From positions 66,421-130,420 of the forward strand of contig CAYSYM010000003.1 of the NCBI GenBank assembly GCA_964435115.1: a DNA stretch of 64,000 nt, given 5' to 3'. Under the pieces are notes generated by a model. That model was not told where the DNA came from and did not search any database. It saw nothing but the letters and a program-made list of their open reading frames with translations. Each line of letters opens with the position of its first letter. Position 1 is the stretch's first letter. Made by a program: the position numbers and the translations under genes. Positions 42,493 through 52,353 of this stretch are shown one piece after another. The stretch is from an uncultured Chloroflexota bacterium. GTDB lineage: Bacteria; Chloroflexota; UBA6077; CF-72.

Positions 42493-44154
42493 CTACTGGC
42501 TGACAGACACCGAGTACATCTTCATCGAACGGAACGGGTCGGTCACGTAGCCCTGCACCCGCTTCTGCATGGCGTAGATCTGCTTCTCGTGGTCGAGGAA
42601 GCCGTAGTAGGCGCCGTCGAGCACGACCTGCTGGATCTTCTTGGAGAGCTCCTTGCGCCTGGCCAGGTCACCCGTCTGGCGGAACTCGTCGATCCAGCCA
42701 TCCACCTCCTTGCTCTCCACGTAGGCCCAGTTCTGGCCCGGCGGGAAGCTGGCCGAGGCGAACCAGGTGTAGAGCAGGCGGTCAGCCGTTGGCTCCTGGC
42801 CGCGGCTGAGGATGAACATGGGCGCCTCCCCGTTGCCGATGGCCGCGAGCAGCGAGCTGGCCTCGAGGACCTTGATCTCGGCGTTGATGCCGACCGCCTT
42901 CAGGTCCTCCTGGATCACGGTCGCCGGCTTGGTGAAGCGGTCGATGTTTGGCACGTAGAACTGGAAAGAGAAGCCGTTGGGCAGGCCCGCCTGCGCCAGG
43001 AGCTGCTGGGCCTTGCCCGGGTCGTAGGCGCGCTGGGAGAGGCCGTCCACGTTCGCATCCACGCCGGGTGCCACCGCCTGAGTAGCGATCTCCGACATGC
43101 CCTTGAACAGGCCGTCCACCAGGGCCTGGCGGTTCACCGCGTACAGGACCGCCTCGCGCACCGCCTGCTTGTCGAACGGAGCGGCACGGCTGTTCATGCC
43201 GAAGAAGCGGGTGATCAGCCCCGCTTTCTCGGAGATGGTGTACTTGTCCGACTCCTTCGTGTACTTCTCGTACTTGTCCGGGTCGGTCACCTGGATGATG
43301 TCCACGCTGCCGGCCTCGAAGGCGGCGTACATCGTGCTCGGGTCAGGGATCGGCTTGTAGACGATCCGTTCGAGCTTGGGCGCGCCGCCCCACCAATCCG
43401 GGTTGCGCGCCAGGACGAGCTCCGTGCCAGGTGTCCAGCGCTCGAACTTGAAGGCGCCCGTTCCGACCGGCCGGTCGAAGAACTTGTCGCCCTGCTCCTT
43501 CACGCCCTTCTCGGGCACGACCCAGCCGCTCGCACCGGCGAGGGTGACCAGCAGCGAGGGGTCAGGAGCGGACAGGTTGAGCACCACCGTCTGGTCGTCC
43601 GGCGTCTCGACCGACGTAACGCCCTTATACAGCCCGGCCCACGACGACTTGGTGGCCGGATCCTGAATGCGGGCGATGCTGAACTTGACGTCGGCGCTGC
43701 TGAGCGGCGTGCCGTCGTGGAACTTCACGCCCGGGCGAAGCTTGAAGGTGACCTTCTTGCCGCCGTCGGCCATCTCCCAGCTCGCGGCCAGCGCCGGCTC
43801 GATCTCGGTGGTGCCGAGCTTGTAGCGCACGAGCCCGTCGAACACGTTCCCCATCTCCTGCTGGTCGCCCACCGAAGTCAGCGTGGCCGGGTCGCGGATC
43901 GAGCTGTCGTACTGCATGGCGGCGACGATCTGGCCGCCAGCCTGCGCTGGCTTCGGCGCCGTCGTGGCGGCCGGCTTGGCGGCGCCACCTGAGGTGGCCT
44001 GGGGTGGCGCGGTGGTCGCGGCGGGCGCGGCCGGCTGCGCAGCCTGCTGGCAGGCCGCCAGGAGAGAGCCGCCGGCTGCTACGCCGCCCACCGCGAGCAA
44101 GGCGCGCAGGAAACCGCGGCGTGAAACTGACTGCGACGGATGGCTGGAGGTCAT
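42493..44154 (-). CDS. ABC substrate-binding protein family 5 (peptide/nickel), TAT-secreted
   Basis: Start MTSSHPSQSVSRRGFLRALLAVG (twin-arginine). The cat codon at 44152-44154 was verified and there is a GAAGGGGGAG RBS. The upstream 213 aa of the ORF are rejected. Confidence 0.85.
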   Translation of the reverse strand: MTSSHPSQSVSRRGFLRALLAVGGVAAGGSLLAACQQAAQPAAPAATTAPPQATSGGAAKPAATTAPKPAQAGGQIVAAMQYDSSIRDPATLTSVGDQQEMGNVFDGLVRYKLGTTEIEPALAASWEMADGGKKVTFKLRPGVKFHDGTPLSSADVKFSIARIQDPATKSSWAGLYKGVTSVETPDDQTVVLNLSAPDPSLLVTLAGASGWVVPEKGVKEQGDKFFDRPVGTGAFKFERWTPGTELVLARNPDWWGGAPKLERIVYKPIPDPSTMYAAFEAGSVDIIQVTDPDKYEKYTKESDKYTISEKAGLITRFFGMNSRAAPFDKQAVREAVLYAVNRQALVDGLFKGMSEIATQAVAPGVDANVDGLSQRAYDPGKAQQLLAQAGLPNGFSFQFYVPNIDRFTKPATVIQEDLKAVGINAEIKVLEASSLLAAIGNGEAPMFILSRGQEPTADRLLYTWFASASFPPGQNWAYVESKEVDGWIDEFRQTGDLARRKELSKKIQQVVLDGAYYGFLDHEKQIYAMQKRVQGYVTDPFRSMKMYSVSVSQ

Positions 44155-44170
44155 AAGGCTCCCCCTTCGG

Positions 44171-44935
44171 CTACTGGCTGGCGGCGGCTGTGCCGTCGCT
44201 GGGTGCTGGATGGCGGAGAGGTGACGAGGAACCAGCCGATGACTCGGCGCCATCGGCCTGGGGCGTGAGCTGCTCGAGCGCGCGCAGCCCACGCTCCCGG
44301 TCGCCGTCGATGTGCGCCCGCGCCGCCGTGGCGGCCGCTTCCGGATCGCGGGCGGCGACGGCGGCGTAGATGGCCCAATGCTCCCGCTCCGTGGCCTGAG
44401 CCCCTGAGCTGTTGGCGAAGATGATGCCTCGCAACGGCAGGACGGGCGCGCGGATGAAGCCCAGCAGCTCCGCGAGCAGCCGGTTGTGGGTGGCTGTGGC
44501 GAGCGCATTGTGGAACTCCACGGTGGTCCGCGCCGCCGCCGCGGGGTCGGCACCGTGCAGCGTCCTGGAGGATCGCTCCAGGCTGGCAGCCAGGGCCTCC
44601 AGCTCGGCCGGTGTTGCGTGCCGCGCGGCCATCGCGGTCGCCTCGGGCTCGAGCAGCTCGCGACAGGCGCAGAATTCCAGGAACACCACGCGGTCAGGCC
44701 GGGCCACGAAGAAGCGGCCACCAACATCGGTGTCCACCAGGCGGTCGCGGACGAGCTGGCGGAGCGCATCGCGGACCGGTGTGCGGCTGACACCGAGCTG
44801 GCCCGCGAGGCGGGTGTCGAGGAGCCGCTCGCCGGGGCGCAGGTCGCCGGCCAGGATGCGCGCCCGCAGCCGGTCGTAGGCGCGCTCGTAGAGCGGCGGG
44901 GCCTTCTCCAGCTCGGGCCCGGGGGCAGTCACCAC
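44171..44935 (-). CDS. GntR-family (FadR-like) transcriptional regulator
   Basis: PLYERAYDRLRARILAGDLRPGERLLDTRLAGQLGVSRTPVRDALRQL HTH plus an FCD domain. GTG start approximate. Confidence 0.7.
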   Translation of the reverse strand: MVTAPGPELEKAPPLYERAYDRLRARILAGDLRPGERLLDTRLAGQLGVSRTPVRDALRQLVRDRLVDTDVGGRFFVARPDRVVFLEFCACRELLEPEATAMAARHATPAELEALAASLERSSRTLHGADPAAAARTTVEFHNALATATHNRLLAELLGFIRAPVLPLRGIIFANSSGAQATEREHWAIYAAVAARDPEAAATAARAHIDGDRERGLRALEQLTPQADGAESSAGSSSPLRHPAPSDGTAAASQ

Positions 44936-44991
44936 GTCGCGGGTACAGTATTCTGCATCCTGCACTCTCGTCAAGGCCGCTGGAGCACTCG

Positions 44992-46701
44992 ATGCCGCTC
45001 TTCCCGCTCGCGTCGCACGGCTGCCACGATCTCGTGGCGGCCGGTGGTCTCTCCTCCTCGTCTCACCCACTCGCGTCCGCCGCCGGGGCCCAGATGCTCC
45101 TGCGTGGCGGGAACGCCGTGGACGCGGCGCTCGCCACCGCTTTCGCGCTGGTGGTCTGCGAGCCGGCCATGTCCCACCTGGGCGGCCAGGGCACCATGCT
45201 CATCCAACTCGAGGGCGAGAGCGAAGCCACCGGTATCGACGGCTACCCCACCGCGCCCGCCGCGGCTCGCCCGGACATGTACGAGTGGATCGAGAGTCCC
45301 ACGCAGGGTGGCTACCGCTTCTGGACTAAGGGTGACCTGAACACGACCGGCGCGCTCGCGGTGGCCGTCCCCGGCGCCATCGCCGCCTGGCTGTACGCCC
45401 ACCGCCGCTGGGCGACGCTCCCGCTGCAGACTCTCGCCGCCCCGGCCGTCGCCTACGCCCGCGAGGGTGTGCCCATGACCCGGCGCATGGCGCTCTTCAC
45501 CGCCGAGGCGCGCGAGCGACTCGCCCGCTTCCCGGCGTCGGCCGCGCTGTTCCTCCACCCCGATGGAAGCCCGCTCGAGGAGGGCGACGTCGTCACCCAG
45601 CCAGACCTGGCTCGCACGATCGACCTGATCGTGGATGGTGGCGAGGCGGTCTTCCACCGGGGTGAGATCGCCCGGGCGATCGTCGACTGCGTGCGTGGCG
45701 AGAGCGGCATCCTGACGCTGGACGACCTCGACCGTTACCCGCGCGAGCAGTTTCGGGTGCTGGAGCCGCAGTGCGCGCCCTTCCGCGAGTACGAGGTCGT
45801 GGTGAGCCCACCCTCCAGCAGCGCCACTCTGCTGCCGCTCCTGCGGCTGCTCGACGGATTTCCACTCGTGGCGTACGACCCGCTCGACTCGGCGCGGCTC
45901 CACCTGCTGGCCGAGTGCATGAAGCGGGCGTTCGCCGACCGTGTGCCCTACACAGGCGACCACGCCTTCGTGGACATCCCGCTGGAGGGCCTGGTCTCGG
46001 CCGCCTATGCCGACCAGCGCCGGGCGGAGATCGATCCGGGGCACGCCACGTTCCCCGGTCCGGGGGACCCGTGGGCGTACAGCCGGACCAGACGGCCGGG
46101 GACGCCAGCCGGCGCCGGGCTAGTGGACAACCCCTCTGCCTGCACCACCCACCACGTGCACGCCGACCGCTGGGGCGGCCTGGTGTCCTGGACGCAGACG
46201 CAGGGCGACGCCTTCGGGAGCGCCATGGTGGTCCCGGGCTACGGGTTCCTGCTGAACAACGCCATGAAGCTGTTCGACCCCCGACCGGGCGGGAGCAACT
46301 CCATCGCGCCGGGGAAGCGCCCGGGCACCGCGCCCTGCCCGACCCTGGTGCGTAAGGGTGGGCGTCCCGTGATGGCGCTCGGGAGCCCCTCGGGCACCCG
46401 GATCATCAACGCCATCGCGCAGACGCTGGCCAACGTGCTCGACCACCACAGGTGCTTGCAGGCGGCCGTCGAGCTGCCGCGCATCCACTGGTCCGGGGAC
46501 GAGTTCGAGGTGGAGGCCGACATTCCCACCGCCACGCTCGACGCCCTGCGGAGCATGGGCCACACCCTCGAGGTGCGGAACGCGAAGTCGCCCTGGTTCG
46601 GCGCGGTGCAGGCGGTGGCCTGGGAGCCAGACCTGGGCATCGCCCACGGGGCGGCTGACCCTCGGCGCCAGGGCGCCGTGGCTGGCGTGGCGCTGCTCTG
46701 A
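44992..46701 (+). CDS. ggt: Gamma-glutamyltransferase family protein
   Basis: 569 aa with a catalytic Thr region ACTTHHV; typical GGT large and small subunits. Confidence 0.85.
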   Translation: MPLFPLASHGCHDLVAAGGLSSSSHPLASAAGAQMLLRGGNAVDAALATAFALVVCEPAMSHLGGQGTMLIQLEGESEATGIDGYPTAPAAARPDMYEWIESPTQGGYRFWTKGDLNTTGALAVAVPGAIAAWLYAHRRWATLPLQTLAAPAVAYAREGVPMTRRMALFTAEARERLARFPASAALFLHPDGSPLEEGDVVTQPDLARTIDLIVDGGEAVFHRGEIARAIVDCVRGESGILTLDDLDRYPREQFRVLEPQCAPFREYEVVVSPPSSSATLLPLLRLLDGFPLVAYDPLDSARLHLLAECMKRAFADRVPYTGDHAFVDIPLEGLVSAAYADQRRAEIDPGHATFPGPGDPWAYSRTRRPGTPAGAGLVDNPSACTTHHVHADRWGGLVSWTQTQGDAFGSAMVVPGYGFLLNNAMKLFDPRPGGSNSIAPGKRPGTAPCPTLVRKGGRPVMALGSPSGTRIINAIAQTLANVLDHHRCLQAAVELPRIHWSGDEFEVEADIPTATLDALRSMGHTLEVRNAKSPWFGAVQAVAWEPDLGIAHGAADPRRQGAVAGVALL

Positions 46702-46775
46702 GCGCCCGGCTGCGGCGCGCCAGGACGGCTGCCCCCGCCGACTGGGGGGCAGGGGCGCGCGCTCCGCGCTGGTTG

Positions 46776-47345
46776 CTACGCAGCGGGCGCCAGGCCCTCG
46801 TAGATGTCGGCCAGCGACAGCTCGAGCGCTGGACACGGGAACGGTACCCGACCCTCGCCCTCCACCTCCGCCTGCCACCAGACGCCCTGCTCGTCCCGCC
46901 AGTGTCGGGCGACCCGGCACTCGTCGCGATAGACGACGACGTACGCCTTGAGGCTGGGGAGGCGGCGATAGGCCAGCAGCTTCTCGCGCCGGTCGATCGC
47001 CTCGGTGCTCGGCGAGAGCACCTCCACCACCAGGCAGGGGCGGCTCTTGTACCACTCCTCGGTGTCCTCGGGGTCGCACACCACCTGGATGTCCGGGTAG
47101 TAGACGGCGTCGTCCGCCACGCGCAGCTTCATGTCGCTGCCGTAGACCCGGCACGGCCCGCCGCGAGCCGCCATCCACAGGTGCGCGGCGAGGTTCATGG
47201 CGATCCGGTTGTGGCGGTCGCTGGCGCCGGCGAGCGCGTACAGCTCGCCGCCCACGTACTCGTGGCGAACCGAGCTCGCCTCCTCCAGGCGCAGGTACTC
47301 CTCCACGCTGAGGTACGGGTGAGGTGTTGCGGCGTGGAGCGCCAT
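46776..47345 (-). CDS. Uma2-family endonuclease (DUF820)
   Basis: 189 aa from MALHAATPHPYLSVEEYLRLEE..., with restriction-endonuclease-like-fold motifs (EVLSPST). The cat codon at 47343-47345 was verified. Confidence 0.7.
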   Translation of the reverse strand: MALHAATPHPYLSVEEYLRLEEASSVRHEYVGGELYALAGASDRHNRIAMNLAAHLWMAARGGPCRVYGSDMKLRVADDAVYYPDIQVVCDPEDTEEWYKSRPCLVVEVLSPSTEAIDRREKLLAYRRLPSLKAYVVVYRDECRVARHWRDEQGVWWQAEVEGEGRVPFPCPALELSLADIYEGLAPAA

Positions 47346-47413
47346 GTGGACAGTGTACCGCTCCCTGTCCACCTCTCCAGGCGGGCGAGAACGCGTGCGG
47401 ACCTGTCGCGCCG

Positions 47414-48463
47414 CTACGTGGGCGGGCTGCCGAGGCGGAAGGCGCCCACCTGCTGCGCCCAGGCGAGCGTGGCCGGGACGTCCACGACCCACGGCCCGTG
47501 GCGATCGAGCTTCAGACGGACTACGTCCTGGCGCACCTGGAAGCTCCGCTCGCCGTCCAGCGTGACCGTGCCATCGAGCGGCCCCACCAGGACCGTCTCG
47601 CCGGCGCGGACCTCGTGCAGCGGCCCGACCTCCGCCCGCGCCACCATCCCCGGCGCGACCAGCGCCAGCACGCTCGCCCCGGCGCCCAGCTCGGCGAAGG
47701 CGCCCCACGGCTCGGTCGGGTGGATCGTGGTCAGCGCTCCAGCCAGGCTCGAGAGGCCCATGCTCCCCGGGAGCGCCCGCGTCACCATGAAGGCGACCAC
47801 CTGCGCTGGATCCCACACCGCCCGGCTGCCGACCGTCGTGTCGCGGGTGATCGCCGCGTCCACGAGGGCGACGTCCGCCCGACCGTCGGCGGAGACGCGG
47901 ATCAGCTTGTGCCTCACCAGGCAGCCGGCGCGGATGGCGTCGTCCCTCGGCTGGCGGCACAGGAAGCCGGCCGCGAACCCGGCCACGGTAGGTTCCACGG
48001 GCAGGGGGAACACGTTGTTCGTACCAGCGGCGAGGGGCAGGAGGGGAACCTCGCGCGCCGCGAGCGCCACCAGCCGGTTCGTCCCGTCCCCGCCATGGGT
48101 GACCAGCACACGAACGCCATCGTGGACCATCGCCTCCGTGGCGCGAAGCGTGTCCTCGGGCGTATCGCAGACCGTGTCACTCGCCGGCAGCAGCGTGAGG
48201 TCCGCCACGGCCTCGGCGGCGCGGGCGACCAGGGCATACCTGTCGGGCATGTAGCGGACCCGGTGGACACCTGCTGCACGGAGACCGACCAGCAGCCGAC
48301 GGACGAGCTTGACGCGCTCGTAATTGGTGAGGCTGCTGGCCGGTGCCACCAGCCGACGGACGTCCCGCCCGGCGTGCGGGTTGACGACGAGCCCCACGCA
48401 GGGTCCGCCGGGCGCCGGGGGCGAGTCACCCGCCACCCGGCCTCCATCTCCCGGCCCCTCCAC
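47414..48463 (-). CDS. ATP-NAD kinase / diacylglycerol-kinase-catalytic-domain family protein (AcoX-like)
   Basis: GGDGT motif (VLVTHGGDGT). Sits in an acoAB-like cluster, as acoX does in Cupriavidus (I recall this). N-terminal boundary uncertain. Confidence 0.55.
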   Translation of the reverse strand: MEGPGDGGRVAGDSPPAPGGPCVGLVVNPHAGRDVRRLVAPASSLTNYERVKLVRRLLVGLRAAGVHRVRYMPDRYALVARAAEAVADLTLLPASDTVCDTPEDTLRATEAMVHDGVRVLVTHGGDGTNRLVALAAREVPLLPLAAGTNNVFPLPVEPTVAGFAAGFLCRQPRDDAIRAGCLVRHKLIRVSADGRADVALVDAAITRDTTVGSRAVWDPAQVVAFMVTRALPGSMGLSSLAGALTTIHPTEPWGAFAELGAGASVLALVAPGMVARAEVGPLHEVRAGETVLVGPLDGTVTLDGERSFQVRQDVVRLKLDRHGPWVVDVPATLAWAQQVGAFRLGSPPT

Positions 48464-48492
48464 CCGTGACCTGCCACCAGCGCCTGGGTGCG

Positions 48493-48735
48493 CTACTCAA
48501 CGATCGCCAGGTCCTGGCCCGGGCCGAAGGTGCCATCTTGCGGGACGAGGATCTTCGCCAGCGTCCCGTCGGCCGGCGCCTCGACCTCGAGCGTGGCCTT
48601 GACAAGCACGACTTCCGCCACCGGCTCGCCGCGGCGGACGCGTGCCCCCTCCCCCACCAGCCAGCGTGCCAGCAGCGCCTCGGTGCCCGGATCCACGTCC
48701 TGCCAGGCGTCGTCGGGCAGGCGAACCGCTCCCAT
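48493..48735 (-). CDS. Standalone lipoyl/biotinyl attachment domain protein
   Basis: About 80 aa; lipoyl-lysine context VVLVKATLEVEAPADGTL (compare ETDKATMEVPSP). Confidence 0.65.
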   Translation of the reverse strand: MGAVRLPDDAWQDVDPGTEALLARWLVGEGARVRRGEPVAEVVLVKATLEVEAPADGTLAKILVPQDGTFGPGQDLAIVE

Positions 48736-48802
48736 GCCGTCCTCCTCACCAGGGGGCGCCCGACGAACCGGGCGCCCCCACACCAGCCTCGCTCAACCAG
48801 CG

Positions 48803-49831
48803 CTACCGCCGGGGCGGGCCCATGAGCTGGCGAAGAGCGTCCGCGATGTCACGCACCTGCGGGATGACCGCTTGCTCCAGCGGCCGGCTGTAGGGGATGG
48901 GGACGTTGGGCACCCCCAGCCGCTTCACCGGCGCTTTCATCTGCAGGTAGCCGATTTGCTCGGCGACGAGCGCCGCGATCTCGCCCGTGAGGCCGAAGCG
49001 AAGGTAGTCTTCGTCGGCCACGAGCAGGCGGCCGGTCTTCGCCACCGAGCGCAGGATGGCGTCGGTGTCCAGCGGGACGAGCGTGCGCAGGTCAAGCACC
49101 TCCGCGCTCACGCCGTCCCTGGCCACCTCTTCCGCGGCGAGGGTGGCTTTGTGCACCATCTGGCTGAGCGCCACGATCGTGGCGTCCGTGCCCTCGCGGA
49201 CGACGCGCGCCTCGCCAAAGGGGACGGCGTAGCTCTCCTCGGGGACTTCGGTCGTGCTCCCTTCAAAGTAGGCCATCCATGGCAGCCCCATGATGCCCTT
49301 GTGGAAGAAGTACATCACCGGGTTGTCGTCCCGGATGGCCTGGATCATCAGCCCCTTCGCGTCGTAGGCGTTGGACGGCACGACGATCTTGAGTCCCGGC
49401 ACGTGGGCGAAGAGACCGTAGAGGCACTGGGAGTGCTGGGCGGCGTCGTTGTAGCCGCCGCCGATGGCCGTGGTGAGGACCACGGGCAGCCGGACGTTCC
49501 CACCCGACATGTACGTATTCTTGGCCAGGTGGTTGTAGATCTGATCCATGCATACGCCGAAGAAGTCGACGAACATCAGCTCGACGATCGGCCGCATCCC
49601 CTCGGCCGCGGCGCCCGTCGCCGCGCCGATGAACGCGGTCTCGGAGATCGGCGTGTCCATGACGCGCTCCGGCCCGAATCGCTGGAGCAGGCCGGCGGTG
49701 GCGCCGAAGATCCCGCCGTACTTGCCCACGTCCTCGCCCATGACGAAGACGCGGGAGTCACGCTCCATCTCCTGGCCAATCGCTTCGGCGACGGCCTGGG
49801 CCATCGTGAGGGTGCGAGTTGCGACGACCAT
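48803..49831 (-). CDS. 2-oxoacid (acetoin/pyruvate) dehydrogenase E1 component beta subunit
   Basis: 342 aa with a transketolase-like pyrimidine-binding and C-terminal domain (ISETAFIGAATGAA). Confidence 0.9.
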   Translation of the reverse strand: MVVATRTLTMAQAVAEAIGQEMERDSRVFVMGEDVGKYGGIFGATAGLLQRFGPERVMDTPISETAFIGAATGAAAEGMRPIVELMFVDFFGVCMDQIYNHLAKNTYMSGGNVRLPVVLTTAIGGGYNDAAQHSQCLYGLFAHVPGLKIVVPSNAYDAKGLMIQAIRDDNPVMYFFHKGIMGLPWMAYFEGSTTEVPEESYAVPFGEARVVREGTDATIVALSQMVHKATLAAEEVARDGVSAEVLDLRTLVPLDTDAILRSVAKTGRLLVADEDYLRFGLTGEIAALVAEQIGYLQMKAPVKRLGVPNVPIPYSRPLEQAVIPQVRDIADALRQLMGPPRR

Positions 49832-49925
49832 CTCGATCCTCCGCTTCTCTTGCTCGCTCGCTCGTTCTCTTGTCCCCAGCCGGCCGCCCGGCTGGCTGCG
49901 ACACAGTGCCAGCAGCGCCTACGGC

Positions 49926-50939
49926 TCAGGCGGCGACGAAGACGTGCTGGAGCGCTTCGTCCGGGTTGGGGTACGCGCTCTGGCGGGCGAAGACGTAGGC
50001 GTCGGCCACGCGCTGCTGCGCCCGCCCGCGGATCTCCGCCTCGGACCGGTCGTCCAGGAGCCCGCGCTCCCGGAGATGGGCCGCCAGCGCCGGGATCGGG
50101 TCGTGCGCGCGTAGCTCGTCCACCTCCCCCTTGGGACGATAGACCTCTGCATCGCCCTGGAAGTGGCCCAGGTAGCGATCCGTCTTCACCTCGACCAGCG
50201 ACGGCCCGTCGCCGCGCCGGGCGCGCGCCACCGCCTCCCCGGCCACTTCGAACACCTCGAGCGCGTCGTTGTGCTCCACTCGCACGCCCGGAATGCCGTA
50301 CGCCGCGGCGCGGTCGGCGTTCGAGGGGATGGCCGTCGAGACGCTCTTCTCGACGGAGATGGCCCACTTGTTGTCTTCGCAGACGAACACCACGGGCAGC
50401 TTCCACAGGGCGGCGAGGTTGAGCGACTCGTGGAAGGAGCCCTGGTTTGCCGCCCCTTCGCCAAAGAAGGCCACCGACACCCAGTCTTTGCCGAGCTTCT
50501 TGGCGGCGAGCGCCGAGCCGCACGCCGGCGGCAGGCTGGCACCGATGATGCCGCTGCAGCTGAACTTGTGCGCGGGATCGAACAGGTGCATGTGGCCGCC
50601 CTTGCCGCGCCCCAGGCCGGTGGCCTTGCCGAAGATCTCGGCCGCCATCTTGTCGAGCGGCACCCCCTTGGCGATGGCGAAGTGGTGCGGCCGGTGGGTG
50701 CCGACCACGGTGTCCTCCTGGCGGAGATGCGCGCACACCCCGACGGCCACAGGCTCCTGCCCGGCGGCGAGGTGCATCTCCCCGGGCACGGGGCCGCTCC
50801 CGATGTCGAAGGCAAGCCCCTTCTGGATGTTCGGCGGGAGCTTGCCCTCGAGGTAGACCTTGGCCATTGTCTCCTCGAACTCGCGGATCACCAGCATCGT
50901 CTCGTACATCCAGAGGAGCTGGTTCGTGCTCGGCTCCAT
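49926..50939 (-). CDS. 2-oxoacid (acetoin/pyruvate) dehydrogenase E1 component alpha subunit (TPP-binding)
   Basis: TPP motif GEGAANQG...FVCEDN. Start at MEPSTNQLLWMY. Confidence 0.85.
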   Translation of the reverse strand: MEPSTNQLLWMYETMLVIREFEETMAKVYLEGKLPPNIQKGLAFDIGSGPVPGEMHLAAGQEPVAVGVCAHLRQEDTVVGTHRPHHFAIAKGVPLDKMAAEIFGKATGLGRGKGGHMHLFDPAHKFSCSGIIGASLPPACGSALAAKKLGKDWVSVAFFGEGAANQGSFHESLNLAALWKLPVVFVCEDNKWAISVEKSVSTAIPSNADRAAAYGIPGVRVEHNDALEVFEVAGEAVARARRGDGPSLVEVKTDRYLGHFQGDAEVYRPKGEVDELRAHDPIPALAAHLRERGLLDDRSEAEIRGRAQQRVADAYVFARQSAYPNPDEALQHVFVAA

Positions 50940-51269
50940 CGCCCTACCTCCCGCTCTGCAGGCTACGCTCCACACTAGCCCCGGCTCAGGGGGGCGTCAA
51001 GAGAGCAGACGCCTCAGTGAAGCAGCTCCGCCTGGAGCTGCTGGCGCCCGCGGATCGCCGCCCGCCACCACACGGCGGCCAGCCCCGCGTCGAAGGCGCC
51101 GAGACGAGCGCACCCCCATCGTCAGGAGCTACGAGCTGCCCGACACCCTGGCAACCTTCATCTCGCCACATGCAGCGGCATGGACGCTCCAAGAGCAAGG
51201 AATCGCGGGGCTGGTGAGCCTGCTCGGAATGTGACGGCGACCCTCAGGCGGCCACTACGAGGGAGTGGA

Positions 51270-51698
51270 TCAGCGGCCGATCAGGCGGTCCAGGCTCGGC
51301 ATCGCCGGATCCACCCAGGGGAGCTTGGGCAGCTCGCCGAAGGCCCGGTCGGCCGAGACCAGGGCCTCGACCCGCTGGTTGATCGCGACGGCGGCCAGCA
51401 CCGCGTCGAAGGCGCCGAGGGCGGGATAGCGCTCGAAGAGGGCCAGGCCAAGGTCGAGGTGCTCGGCGCGCGTGACCAGCAGGGGGAGGGCCGCCATGTA
51501 GTGGCGGGCGAGGGCGACGGCATCTGGGCGCGACCGCCGGCGCGCTCGCACGTGCACGAACTCCTGGACGACCTCGATGGTGGTCGTGGCCTCGACGCGC
51601 CCGTCGCCGTGAGCCCGGAGCAGCCGGCGACAGGGCTCACGCAAGGGGTGCTCCGCGCCGACGGCGTAGCTGAGCACAGTGGTATCGAGCAGGATCAC
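51270..51698 (-). CDS. vapC: PIN-domain toxin VapC
   Basis: MILLDTTVLSY... with conserved acidic residues; 142 aa. Confidence 0.8.
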   Translation of the reverse strand: MILLDTTVLSYAVGAEHPLREPCRRLLRAHGDGRVEATTTIEVVQEFVHVRARRRSRPDAVALARHYMAALPLLVTRAEHLDLGLALFERYPALGAFDAVLAAVAINQRVEALVSADRAFGELPKLPWVDPAMPSLDRLIGR

Positions 51699-51946
51699 CT
51701 CTGGAACCGGTCGTGGGCGGCATCGAGCTCGCGGCGAAGCTCGGCCGGATCGGCCGGAACGGATGTCGGCTCGCCTGCCAGGATCGCGTCGATGGCGGTT
51801 CGGCGGACCTCGGCGTCGGCCGGGAGCCGGTCGAGCGCCTCGCGGATCACGGCGGCGATGGAGACCCCGCGCCGCTGGGCCTCCTGCGTCACCTTCTGGT
51901 AGCGCTCGTCGTCGAGGAGGATCTGGACCCGGCGCGAACCGTTCAC
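51695..51946 (-). CDS. vapB: VapB-type antitoxin (RHH/CopG-like)
   Basis: 83-aa ORF overlapping vapC by 4 bp; VSIAAVIREALDRL ribbon-helix-helix. Confidence 0.65.
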   Translation of the reverse strand: MNGSRRVQILLDDERYQKVTQEAQRRGVSIAAVIREALDRLPADAEVRRTAIDAILAGEPTSVPADPAELRRELDAAHDRFQR

Positions 51947-52353
51947 GTCGCTACCGACGCGCCATCTAATTCAATCCCGATGGCACCGGCGATGCGGATC
52001 AGGTCCGCGTCAGCGACGAGCAACGCAGCCCCTCGGCGCCACGCGACGGCGGCGATCATGCAGTCGACCACCCCGCGAGGGGTGACGCCGTTCGCCCGAC
52101 ACCGCCGGTAGATGTGCGCGGCACCATCGAAGTCGACCGCCGTGTCAAACGGCAGCCACACGAAGCGCAGGAGCAGCCGACGCAGATCCGACGCGCGTGC
52201 ATCACTGCGGGCACCCGCGAGGACTTCCATCATGACCGGCTCGGTCACCGCAAGCGCACCTTCGGTTGCGATCAGCTCGGTCAGGCGCCGGTCGATTGGA
52301 CTGCCGGTCGCCCGGTCGTACTCGACCCAGGTTGACGTGTCCGCCAGTATCAC
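51943..52353 (-). CDS. vapC: PIN-domain toxin VapC (second copy)
   Basis: MILADTSTWVEY...; 136 aa. Confidence 0.8.
   Translation of the reverse strand: MILADTSTWVEYDRATGSPIDRRLTELIATEGALAVTEPVMMEVLAGARSDARASDLRRLLLRFVWLPFDTAVDFDGAAHIYRRCRANGVTPRGVVDCMIAAVAWRRGAALLVADADLIRIAGAIGIELDGASVAT

Noticed and set aside
50940-51270. Possible sigma-54 promoter upstream of E1 alpha (TGGCAA at about 51150)
   Set aside because: Wrong strand for the aco-like operon, and the -12 TTGC element is absent at the required spacing.
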